A stretch of DNA of 63,872 nt, the filler included, from Rhabdomonas costata (lineage: Eukaryota), in NCBI GenBank assembly GCA_019059605.1. It is 56 parts of 56 records of this genome, joined end to end, with 100 filler letters (N's around TTAATTAATTAA, not from the genome) between each part and the next. Parts side by side here need not be neighbours in the genome. Positions count along the whole stretch, not along the records: positions 51,420 to 52,461 come from JAHMHO010031838.1; positions 52,562 to 53,603 come from JAHMHO010031839.1; positions 53,704 to 54,744 come from JAHMHO010031840.1; positions 54,845 to 55,885 come from JAHMHO010031841.1; positions 55,986 to 57,026 come from JAHMHO010031842.1; positions 57,127 to 58,167 come from JAHMHO010031843.1; positions 58,268 to 59,309 come from JAHMHO010031844.1; positions 59,410 to 60,449 come from JAHMHO010031845.1; 48 more parts are not named here. One strand, given 5' to 3'. A program made the translations under genes and the position numbers. Position 1 is the stretch's first letter, and every line of letters begins with the position of its first letter. A model generated the notes under the pieces. The model worked only from the letters and a program-made list of their open reading frames with translations. It did no database searches and was not told the DNA's origin. Shown here piece by piece: positions 51,468 through 62,212 of this stretch.

Positions 51468-52446
51468 GAGTGCAAGGTTGGGGAGGAAGTGGACCTCAGT
51501 GGGGACGGAAAGCTGAAGAAGAAGCTTCTCGTTGAAGGGACGGGGTACACACACCCCGAAAAGGGTGCAGAGGTCACCGTCCACTACACCGGGACGCTGC
51601 AGGACGGTCCGAGCCTGTAACTTTGTTCACTCCGTTGACCTGCTCACCGCGTACTTGACAAGTGAATGACCCACATCACATGTTTCAAATGCAGTGCCCA
51701 ACTAGGCTTTTTAGTGCACTCTCCTGCGGTGTTAAGTAGCGGACCGTTACTTCAAAACAACAGCTGAAGTGTGGGTCTGTAACACTTGGGTGTTTGAGAG
51801 GGGCGGGACCATGGTTCTCGTTGACAGGTTCTTGTAACCGTTCCCATTGATAAGCGTAAGAGCCGTTTGGCAGATGGTGGGCAGTTTTGCAACTACTTGT
51901 TCTCTGCCACTGTTCTTTTTTTGCACAGGGTCTGTCTTTGACAGCTCCAGGGAACGAGGCGACCCCTTCGTGTTCAAGATTGGTGAGGGACAGGTGATCA
52001 AGGGCTGGGACAAGGGCGTAATGTCCATGAAGAAGGGTGAGAGGGCCATCCTGAAGTGCGCCCCGGAGTACGGTACGTGCCCCTCGACAGCTGAGCCCTA
52101 CACCCTACACCCTACACATCTTGATGACTTTTTTTTACGAGCGAGAACAAGTGTTGAGCCCACACCTCGCACACCTCCCTCCCTGTCAAAGCAATGTTGA
52201 ATCCATCGAATCCTAATTCCACCGCTTTCGCTGCGAACTGCCGTACAACGTACAACGTCACAGCTTCAGCTTCCCAGTGCTTCTCTTTTTTTTTGCCGGT
52301 GGCTGCCTCTCTGTCCTCTCTGTTCTGCTGCGCAGCCTACGGTGAGAGCGGCTCGCCCCCAAAGATTCCCCCCAACGCAACTCTGGACTTTGACGTGGAG
52401 CTGATCAGCTGGACTGAGTGGAAGGACGTCTCCAAGGACCACACAG
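51468..52446 (+). CDS. FKBP-type peptidyl-prolyl isomerase (multi-domain FKBP52/ROF1-like), three exons
   Basis: Exons 51468-51606, 51929-52072 and 52336-~52446: [41 protein letters not shown]...[39 protein letters not shown]. Confidence 0.96.
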
Positions 52447-54440
52447 TGTGCAAGTCTTCCGNNNNNNNNNNNNNNNNNNNNNNNNNNNNNNNNNNNNNNN
52501 NNNNNTTAATTAATTAANNNNNNNNNNNNNNNNNNNNNNNNNNNNNNNNNNNNNNNNNNNNGCCTTTTGTGCGCCTGCTCCTTTTTACCGCGGCATTGTG
52601 TAAACAGCTGGACTCAGCTACCTGCTTTTGAGACTAGAAGTACTTTTGAATGTGTTTGGCAAAAATACCCGGCGTAGAACGATGGCGCGAAAGCTTACCA
52701 GAAAAAGATTGCAATCAAATGCACCGCCACCGTCACCACCACTTTTCGCCTCTCTGCCTGCCTGTCTGTATTTCTCCCCCCGCTTTGCTACTAGCCACAA
52801 AATGTCAGCATTATTGTCGCTTTCGGATCCCGATACGGTAGCAGTATCACCTGTTTGCGCGCTTTTCTTTTTTCCCTTCATCCGTGGTCATGCATACGAT
52901 TGGCGCTTCTGTAATCTCCGTTTCCCTTCCGTTTTTGTGTCTCTACTGTCCCCCGTGGCTTCGGATTTCCGCATTTTCTTTGCTATCTCTGCGCGTTTTC
53001 CCCCACGTTTATCCGATGATCCTCTCTATTTCATTGCTTGGTTTCCCTTGCCACTATCTGCGGCAAACGTTGAGCGTCATCAACGTCGGAGGCCATGATT
53101 CAAAGTGGTCGTGTGAAAGGCAGTTCCCCGGAAAGGAAAGGAAAGGAAAGGAAGAAATAGAGGGAAACGGAAAAACAAGAAGCACAAATGATGGAATGTA
53201 TTCATGACAACAACGCGGGCCGGGATTTGCGGGGTCTGCGGGGCGCATACGGACTGCAAAACAAGCACAAAGAACAGGAAATCATTGCATCCAATCAGCC
53301 TTTTTCGCCCACTATCAAACCGAAAACACAACCGTGGAAAAACTATTTCGTTTTACTTGATCTACTCGTGATGCTTTTGTTTTCACTTTGTCGTCTGCAG
53401 TTCTTGGGCTTTAAGCCGGTGATTGAAAGCTCATTGCAAGTGGCGGGAAGGTTCTCTCAGATAGGTGAACACTAAAGCAGGATGGCTATTCACCGTCGAC
53501 AACTTGGAACATAAAGTGGTGAGGTCAAACCTTCTGTATGTTATACTTTGAGACTGATGCGATCACCAAAATATACTTCTACAACCAAATGCGAATCGGA
53601 GTGNNNNNNNNNNNNNNNNNNNNNNNNNNNNNNNNNNNNNNNNNNNNTTAATTAATTAANNNNNNNNNNNNNNNNNNNNNNNNNNNNNNNNNNNNNNNNN
53701 NNNGTTTTTGTGGAATCCCTTCATTCCGTTCATGTGCGCCTTTCTTTTGCATTTCGTTTTTTGGCTTTTGACGCGCGATTTGGATTTTGGTGTGCAGCGT
53801 TGGGGACCCAGTGGGCCGCTGGAGTGCACTTCGGTATGGGGCCTGCATTGGTCCCCATCAGAGCGCGCCTACTACGGCGCACATGAGTCGGGGGTTTTTC
53901 ACCCCCACGTCAGCCACTCGCAGCAAGCAACGATGCAGGTGCTCTTCTGCCGGCCCGGTCACTCGCTCTTTTCCTCTGTACCAATGATGGGGAGGGGGGG
54001 AATCGGGTGTTCTGTGTCCATGCTGCCACGACCTGCCAGCCAGATGGTGTTGCCTGCGTCTTCCCATTCCGGGAGAGCGCGTTTTTATCGTGCAGTATCC
54101 CACTATTACTTATGAGAATAATGGCGTGTCAGCTTTGTCTGCGTTTGAGTGAGAACTGCCGTTAATGTAGTAATGTAGGGGGGGGGGCACCGCGATAGTG
54201 CATCCGACAACCCCACTCTGCAGCTCTAGCTCCAGTCCAGAATTGATTTCTTGTGTCATCGTTTACCCCTCCGTACAAAGGGGTATGCTAAAGAATCTCC
54301 AGGCCTGCTTCGGTCTCTTTCTCCTCTCTCTAAGTAAGTCACTCTTCAATTCATCGTTTTTACCAGATTTGGGACACAATTGCACGAGTGCATCGGTGAG
54401 TCCTTCACCAGTACCAAAATTGATGGTGTGAACCAAAAAT

Positions 54441-54628
54441 ACTCACCTAGGTAACACTGGCGCAAGTGACCAGACCCCCTTTACACTGAAATGTCCTTTC
54501 GAGGGTCAGCAAACCGACCTTTTGCACGTTTTGCAAGTTCTGCTGCAGCAAAAAGTTCTGCTGCTACTTCATTAAGAGCTTCTGCTACCACTGACAACGT
54601 CAGTTGGGCCAGTGTTACCTAGGTGAGT
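54441..54628. mobile_element. MITE-like element with 30-bp terminal inverted repeats, in a 227-bp tandem unit
   Basis: Left actcacctaggtaacactggcgcaagtgac versus reverse complement of 54599-54628 actcacctaggtaacactggcccaactgac (28/30); 54395-54515 is repeated at 54622-54742. Confidence 0.7.
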
Positions 54629-54846
54629 CCTTCACCAGTACCAAAATTGATGGTGTGAACCAAAAATACTCACCTAGGTAACACTGGCGCAAGTGACCAG
54701 ACCCCCTTTACACTGAAATGTCCTTTCGAGGGTCAACAAACCCCNNNNNNNNNNNNNNNNNNNNNNNNNNNNNNNNNNNNNNNNNNNNTTAATTAATTAA
54801 NNNNNNNNNNNNNNNNNNNNNNNNNNNNNNNNNNNNNNNNNNNNTG

Positions 54847-55857
54847 ATTTATGATAATGTACATGTATGTGATATTCCAAAAATTATTGAAATAATTCCA
54901 TTTTTGGATAGTAATGATTTTTCAAGGACAATCTGGTATACATCTAAAGATAATCAAATTTCATCAGCAGTAGTTGGAGATAAAAATATGTTTAAAATTT
55001 GTTTGTCAACAATTTATGCAGAAGCATATAGATATAGTGAGAATGGATATAATTATAATTCACGTAACATTGAAATTAAAATTCATCGAGCTGAGACATC
55101 ACTTCCAACTATGCATGGTGGTTCAAATGGTGAACAGAAATTAGTAATATTATCTTCTGTAGATGATAATATACCAGATAATAAATTATTTGATTCTAAA
55201 GAGAGTGTAATTAAAGATAAAGCAGACACTCAGTATATTGATTATAATACTAAACTGTCAAGCATATATGGCGATGATTATACTCATTTTTATAAAACAT
55301 TTACAACAAATTATCTCAAAAAAGACATAATAAATAAGATATATTTTACAAATGATTTTGATTTTGATATGATAAAAGATTCCGAAATAAAAAAAGTACC
55401 CCCGCAATCGGGAGAACGACGAGAGGAAGTTTCATCTCCTGGTACTGGTGCAATTACTGGTCCAGCTACGGCTTCTGGTGTAGCTTCTAGTCCAGTTACG
55501 GCTCCTGGTGCCGCTTCTGGTCCAGTTACGGCTTCTGGTGCAGCTACTGGTGCACCTAGTAATAAATATATACGTAAAAATCCAAATAGATATCAATTAG
55601 GTGGCTTTCCTGATATTACTATTGGACTTATGAATTTAGATATTTTCAAAGAACTACAATTAACAAAAACAGGTTTCTCATTAGTACTTCCTAAGTATTA
55701 TTTAGAAATGTTAAAGAGTATTGATAAAGAAGATAAAATTGATATGAATAACTCAATGTTCCAAGCAGTCGGAAATTTCAGTATTATGCATGATAATCAA
55801 GTAGATAAATATTATACATATAAAGATGGTGAAATTTCCGACTGCTTGGAACATTGA
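54847..55857 (+). CDS. AT-rich intronless hypothetical protein, giant-virus-like, 5' truncated
   Basis: ~336-codon open frame rich in D/N/K/I/Y with MHGG and QLGG motifs and an A/S/G/P/T repeat insert; composition unlike host exons. Confidence 0.7.
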   Translation: MYDNVHVCDIPKIIEIIPFLDSNDFSRTIWYTSKDNQISSAVVGDKNMFKICLSTIYAEAYRYSENGYNYNSRNIEIKIHRAETSLPTMHGGSNGEQKLVILSSVDDNIPDNKLFDSKESVIKDKADTQYIDYNTKLSSIYGDDYTHFYKTFTTNYLKKDIINKIYFTNDFDFDMIKDSEIKKVPPQSGERREEVSSPGTGAITGPATASGVASSPVTAPGAASGPVTASGAATGAPSNKYIRKNPNRYQLGGFPDITIGLMNLDIFKELQLTKTGFSLVLPKYYLEMLKSIDKEDKIDMNNSMFQAVGNFSIMHDNQVDKYYTYKDGEISDCLEH

Positions 55858-56431
55858 GTTATTCATATCAATTTTATCTTCTTTANNNNNNNNNNNNNNN
55901 NNNNNNNNNNNNNNNNNNNNNNNNNNNNNTTAATTAATTAANNNNNNNNNNNNNNNNNNNNNNNNNNNNNNNNNNNNNNNNNNNNGTGGGTTTTTTTTAC
56001 TGATAACTTTATATACACCCGCCACCTGAAACTTCGAAGACGGAAGTTACCTTAAACAAAGTGTTTTGCAAGCGATATTTCTCGTTTCCAGAGATGAAAC
56101 AAACCTTAGATGATACAGCAGCGATGGAGCTTAAAAGAGTTTGTTGAGAGAATCCATGCCTCACTTTTACTCACGCCAGAGAGATATGTGCTGCGGAGAT
56201 CCGGTTCCCATGTGCTTCTGAAATCGAAGAAGGGAGCATGATACGCAGTCGTCCTCGCTTCGTTGTGATTGGAAAGAATTGTATTCACACACCCTTGCAC
56301 ATCAACCTCTCCCTGACATGCTGGCAGAATGGTTTTCCAGATTTTTCCTCCTCCAGAGTCTTTTCCAAATTCCGAAGCAGCTCGCTTTTGCATGCGGTTT
56401 TTTGGTATCTGTTGCTTTTGTGAATGCGCAG

Positions 56432-56970
56432 CCCGCAGCTGCCAAGGAGGGTTCGTCACCGTGGAGAACTGTAGTGCGAGCTGCGGTGGCGGGACCCAGC
56501 TGGCGCAGTACCAGATCACCGTGGAGGCCGCCTTCGGGGGGTCCGCCTGCCCGCACTCCGCCGGGGACACCGTTGTGGTGTCGTGCAATCGCCAGGACTG
56601 CCGTATGCCACCTCCCTCCCCTCACTCCAGCCTCTCGTACGTCTCGTCCGTGTATCCGTTAATCTTTCTTCTCCTTGCCCCGAAGAAAAACGGAGCTCAC
56701 CATCGTCACCCATGAGTCCTGTGAGCATGCCAGCACGAAAAACCTGCAGCAAAGAAAGTGCGGTACATCGCACCTAAAAACAACATAAATCGTCTATGAT
56801 TTTTTCAATAAGAAGAATTCCCACAACCTGTTTACTTTGTTCGTGTGAATGGTGTGTATTGTCTTCTGTACGACAATTACTCGTTCGGTGGCTCTCCCGT
56901 CCTTCTGTTGCACTGAGTGCTTCCCTAATTTGCGTCTCAGCGGTGGATTGCGTGGGGTACCTCGCCCCGC
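56432..56970 (+). CDS. Thrombospondin type-1 (spondin-like) repeat protein, two exons
   Basis: CQGGF...CSASCGGGTQ...YQITVEAAFGGSACP...CNRQDC (to 56602), spliced to PVDCVG (from 56941). Confidence 0.88.
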
Positions 56971-57662
56971 CGACGCAAATTAGGGAAGCACTCAGTGCAA
57001 CAGAAGGACGGGAGAGCCACCCAACANNNNNNNNNNNNNNNNNNNNNNNNNNNNNNNNNNNNNNNNNNNNTTAATTAATTAANNNNNNNNNNNNNNNNNN
57101 NNNNNNNNNNNNNNNNNNNNNNNNNNAGTGATGAACCGGTGCGAGTGAATGGATCGGCGCAGTGACTGTTCGGTGGACGTGCCAGGTTGAGCGGGACGAC
57201 ATTCATGTGCCAATGGTCTCCCGAGTCTTTTTGGAGGAGTAGCCTGCAAGCTCAGGTTTTTTGTTCGCAACGGTAGCAGACCGGCCATCAAAAGCCATGT
57301 TTGCCGGTGTTAATCTGCAGTTGCGTACACTGATGACAGCTGTCTGTTTCGTCTAATTCATTTCTTGTGCTTGCTTCCGCAGCGAAAGCCACAGTTGTTA
57401 TCGTAGTAGGTTCCGCTTAGGATGTGCGCGTTTGCTCAGAAATGCTGTGAACGTGCAGCAATCGGCCACCCTTCACGTTCAGTACAGTAACTGTCACTAG
57501 CGATAAGTAATCCTGGCAACTCACTGGGAGGCAGACAAGCTGTGCGTTTCGGGTCCGTGGTGTGATGGTTTGCGGTGAAAGGCTTTTTTTGCTCCGTGAC
57601 CTGCCCCCGGATTGTGTGAAGCAGACACTTCGTCGCTATTTCTTTTGCCCGCGCTGAAATAT

Positions 57663-58167
57663 ATGGAGCGGATATCCAGGACGGGTCACTCTCCCCTCAA
57701 CCTGGAGACCCCCGCCGAGGCTCTGCTTCAGAGCGACTACACCCCGAACTCCCTCGTTTTCTGCCGCTGCCACGGCCAGATCCCCGCCCTGACCTGGGAG
57801 GCTCACAGAGTGGAGCTCAGCCTGGGGTCCCAGCCGGGGCTGCAGCTGTCGATGCTGGACCTCACCCAAAAGTTCCCCTCCGTCAGCATCTCCGTGACCC
57901 TCTCCTGCACTGGGAACCGCCGCAAGGAGCTCAACCAGCTGCGTCGCAGCAACGGCTTTGACTGGGGCCCGGGGGCGATCTCCACCGCGGTGTACCGCGG
58001 GGCCCGGTTGCGGGACGTCCTGCTGCACTACTTCTCCGAAGAGGAGCTGGCGCAGCACCCCTTCGTGTGCTTTGACTCCGCCGACCATCTCACTCAGGGC
58101 ACCTACGGCACAAGCATTCCCTCGGCCTTGGCGGTGGACCCCCACGCCGATGTCCTTCTGGCGTACG
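57663..58167 (+). CDS. Nitrate reductase/sulfite oxidase-family molybdopterin-binding domain, 3' truncated
   Basis: PLNLETP...YTP...FCRCHGQIP...VTLSCTGNRRKELNQLRRSNGFDWGPGAISTA...GARLRDVL...VCFD.AD.L..G.YGTSIP...DVLLAY; Mo-ligating Cys present. Confidence 0.9.
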
Positions 58168-61109
58168 NNNNNNNNNNNNNNNNNNNNNNNNNNNNNNNNN
58201 NNNNNNNNNNNTTAATTAATTAANNNNNNNNNNNNNNNNNNNNNNNNNNNNNNNNNNNNNNNNNNNNGGTTGTGGGGGTCTCTTTCCTGCGGTTGGCCTC
58301 TCCTGCTCTGCGTCTCTGTTCTCCCTGGATGCTCCGTGCTTGATCCCCGCCACCCTCTTTCCCCTCTTTCCCCGCCCCTTCTCTCCTCTCGGCTCCTGGC
58401 CCTCTCTCCCTCGTTCCCTGCCTCTCTCGCTCGCTCCCGTTGCTGTTTGCACTCTCTCTGGCGGTGCTTCCTTCGAATGACGACTTTGGGTGTGTGTGTT
58501 GCGCGCTGGCTGTTGCCTGGTTGACTGGTTGCTTGGTTGTTCGTGACCACGGTGGATTGACGGGCGCACGCGCTGTTGCTGTTGGCCACGGGTGCTCGCG
58601 AGAGGTGCCGTTGGAGCGAACGGTGCCGTGGGGAACCGGAACCGGCTCACCGCCGAACGTTCCACATCTGGTGACCTCCCTTCAGGGTCCCGGGCCATTG
58701 TCGCGCAGCTGCTCTTTTACAATGTGTGTGTGTGGGCGGGAAAGGACAAGAACAGAGTGGGTGGAACAAAGAACCACAAGAAGGAAAAGAGTGCGCCGTC
58801 GGCATTAGATGAGAGGTCGATAACGACACTCACATTGTTGAATCCCGCTCAAAGCCCTTCCCTGAAAATGAAAGCACTTCTTTGAAGGCACCCCATTTCC
58901 CAGAATATCAGACCGAGAAGACGGCCATTCAAGCACACAGACCATTCGGGCACCCCAACCCTTGACGCACACTGCAAGCACACCTCAGCGGCGAGCCTCT
59001 CGTGGGCCCTCTTCCAGTGAAACGCGGCGGCCTGCGCCTCCCGAAGCCTGGCCTGAACCTCTGCCGGGGTGCGGCTCTCAGGGCCCTGCGAGGGCGATGT
59101 CTGGGGAGTCCCTGGAACCCCTGGCATCAGACAACAGTGGACAGAGCGGCGGTGCGAAAGGAGTGCGCGTGCTGTGTGCGGAACGTCGGAAAAAACCCCA
59201 GGCACGAAGTTAGCGGGCAAGAGGGAGAGATCAACCCTCATACAAGGTCGTGCGGTTACGGAGATTTCCCGACGCTCTCAGAACATTCAGAGGAAGGCAC
59301 CAAAAAACANNNNNNNNNNNNNNNNNNNNNNNNNNNNNNNNNNNNNNNNNNNNTTAATTAATTAANNNNNNNNNNNNNNNNNNNNNNNNNNNNNNNNNNN
59401 NNNNNNNNNTTGTGGTTTTCACACAGCCGAATTCACGTTAGGTTCCCTAATATTACCCGCGTCACCTCAAAAGTTCACAACCGAAAAAGTGCACTCTAAA
59501 TCAATTTCGGACGTAGAAGCTCAAAAGGGGTGGTGAAAAAACTGCAGGTGGACCTGGAGGTGTTTTTGCCTCTTTTCGGCCTTTTTGTGTGTGGCTACCC
59601 CAACCTCTTACTTTTGAGATGATGCGGGCCATATTAACGACGCGAAAATAACAATCGTTATTTGTTAAATTCTTCTCATTCATTAATTTTTCGCCATCGT
59701 GAGAATATTTAATTAAACCAAAATTTCGACCTACGAAACATCAGTGTAATGTCTGGACAGTGTTGAGAGCACCAGAGTTTTGAGCATACTGGATGCTGAA
59801 ATACTGAAAAAAAAATGACCTCCGCAGCTCCGAAGAGAACCGGACGCTAATCGTGAGCCATAGTACCAGTGGCAGACGTCGTTTTGTTATTCTTGTTTTA
59901 GGACTTTTGACCTTGCTCTCTTTGCCCATTTTCACGTTTTTGGCCGGTTTTGATGGTGAAGAAGGCGCCTGTGCAGGCGATTTAAGCCAGTATATTATCT
60001 GCGAAAGGAGTGAGGGTGAGAGGAGTGTTCGAAGAAGCCCATAGAAAAGGTCAAGGCCAAAGCCGAGGCATGACTCAAGCTGCTGGCAGCAAGGCGCAGA
60101 TGGGCGAGGTCCAGCAGAGGATTTTGCAGCTCTGCCAGAGTGAGCCTGAGGTCTTCTTGAATTGCCCTCCCTCTGCTCCGTTTCGTCTCACACCTGCCCA
60201 CTCATCCCGCCCGCGCATGACCATACTCTGGCAAAAGACAAGTTTTTGCTCACGTCGAGGTAGTAATGCTGGTTAAGGTGGAGCACTTTGTGATATAACC
60301 TTTTTTTGCACCTTGTCCGAAATCACGTTTATCACGTTTACCTGGACTAGACAGTCAAGCTGTGAGTGCCTGTATTACAAACCCAAACTCCCCCCTCCCC
60401 CCTCCCCCAAAGTTAACGTTCTACTGTTGCCATTCTACTGTTGCTTACTNNNNNNNNNNNNNNNNNNNNNNNNNNNNNNNNNNNNNNNNNNNNTTAATTA
60501 ATTAANNNNNNNNNNNNNNNNNNNNNNNNNNNNNNNNNNNNNNNNNNNNGGGTGTGGGGTGTAACCGTTACCAGAGTTAACAGAAAAGAAAACTGGCTGG
60601 AAAATTTTGCTATATTAACGTAAAGCGGTCAGGAAAAGGACGCCCGCATTCTCCAAATGGATTTATTTTTGTGACAGGAACTTTGCCATCTCCCCGAGTT
60701 GAGTGTTTACCACCATTGACGGTTAAGAGTGGTTAAGGTTACCCCCCTCCCCAACCTCCATTGCACCGGACTGGGGCGGAACCTCGCGTTGTTCTGCCTC
60801 CAATTGCTGTGTGTGCAGAGTAATAGTGAATTCTAAGGCCTCAGAGGGGACATTGGTAATTCTGAATCGTCATTGGCGGCACTGCTGCAGCTGATTACAA
60901 CTCTGGCCTTTGCCATTCTGATGAGCGCAAGAGCGACCTGATGTGTTTTCATCTCACGACAGGTTGCAGCTCTCGTGCCTTGAGTACTCATAGGGCACAA
61001 GAAGCGAAAGTTATTCTGATGTCAGTGGTGTGGAGGTCGGAGGATTGTGGTTGAGTTTATCGCATGTTGGCTTCTGTATGGTGGATGGATTTTCGGGCGG
61101 GGCCCCCAG

Positions 61110-61373
61110 GGTTTATCAAGCTGCAGTGGACCAACCCGCTGCCCCCGCCTCTGCTGCATAGCACGGGCTACCTGTGCGATGGCTGCCGCCGCAGTGGCCT
61201 GCAGGCCGCGTTCCAGCACGTCGACTTGGACGGCGGCCGGGACATCACCACCTTCGAGACGGGGACCTGGGGCTGGGATTTCTGCCCCCAATGCGGGGTG
61301 CAGTATGCCCTGGACGAGAGGCGCCGGCTGCAAAGCTTTGTGGAAGAGGAATGCGCCAAGGCTAGGCCCGCAG
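61110..61373 (+). CDS. Exon with a ZZ-like zinc finger
   Basis: YLCDGCRR...FQH...WDFCPQC between cag| and |gt. Confidence 0.55.
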
Positions 61374-61690
61374 GTCGAGCACCAGTCTCGCCGTGTGCAC
61401 GCGCACACACGCAGCTCCAGACTCTGACCGAACCTGCAGTGGAACGCGCGTTGTGCTGCAAATGCAATACCTATGATTCGATTGCTAAGACTGAAGGAAT
61501 GTGTGCGAGGGGTACGAGATGTGTACGAGATTACCGCTGGTGCTGTTCGCGTTCTCTTCTTATAGCGTAGTTGTGTGTAGCTTGTGTGTTNNNNNNNNNN
61601 NNNNNNNNNNNNNNNNNNNNNNNNNNNNNNNNNNTTAATTAATTAANNNNNNNNNNNNNNNNNNNNNNNNNNNNNNNNNNNNNNNNNNNN

Positions 61691-62212
61691 GGGTTGTTGG
61701 GCTTGAGATCGCGGTGGGCGATGCCTGTGACCCCAGAGTCAAAATCGTAGCTCCTGGTTAACCTAACAGAGGAGTAATTTAAGAACAAACTGGGGTTTGG
61801 AGGTCGCCCTGGAATCAATGTCTGCAAGGGGCTGTAAAACGCTGTAAACAAGGTCATTACGGCGACATTTCCCTTGCCTATCTTAATGGGCGACTGTGTG
61901 AGTCACTCACGCAAAGTTCAGAGTTCAGATTCCATTAAGCCTTAAAATTAAGCTGAAATCTGATGAGGCGCGGTTCGCAGGACTTTCACAAGTACACCCA
62001 CCTACCCACTCAAGACACACATACTGACACATGCAATGGAAGGAAACTGCAACACCGTTGCAGTGGCAGTAGTACACGCCGAGGAGCAGCTGCTGAAAGT
62101 ACGATCGTGCCTGGCCCTCGGGAAGCAGCTTGTTTCGCACAATGACGCCAAACAAGGCGCCCCCAGTGACCAGCTCCATGACAAGGTAGACGTGGTGGGG
62201 GCTTCTATACAC
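61691..62212 (-). CDS. CAMK-group (SNF1/CIPK-like) Ser/Thr kinase, two exons
   Basis: Exon 62212-62056 (VYLVMELVTGGALF...LPEGQARSYFQQLLLGVYYCHCN) plus exon from 61724 (GIAHRDLKP). Confidence 0.95.

Noticed and set aside
29137..58167. Moco gene cluster (MOCOS-like plus nitrate reductase-like)
   Set aside because: On separate, arbitrarily concatenated contigs; no linkage evidence
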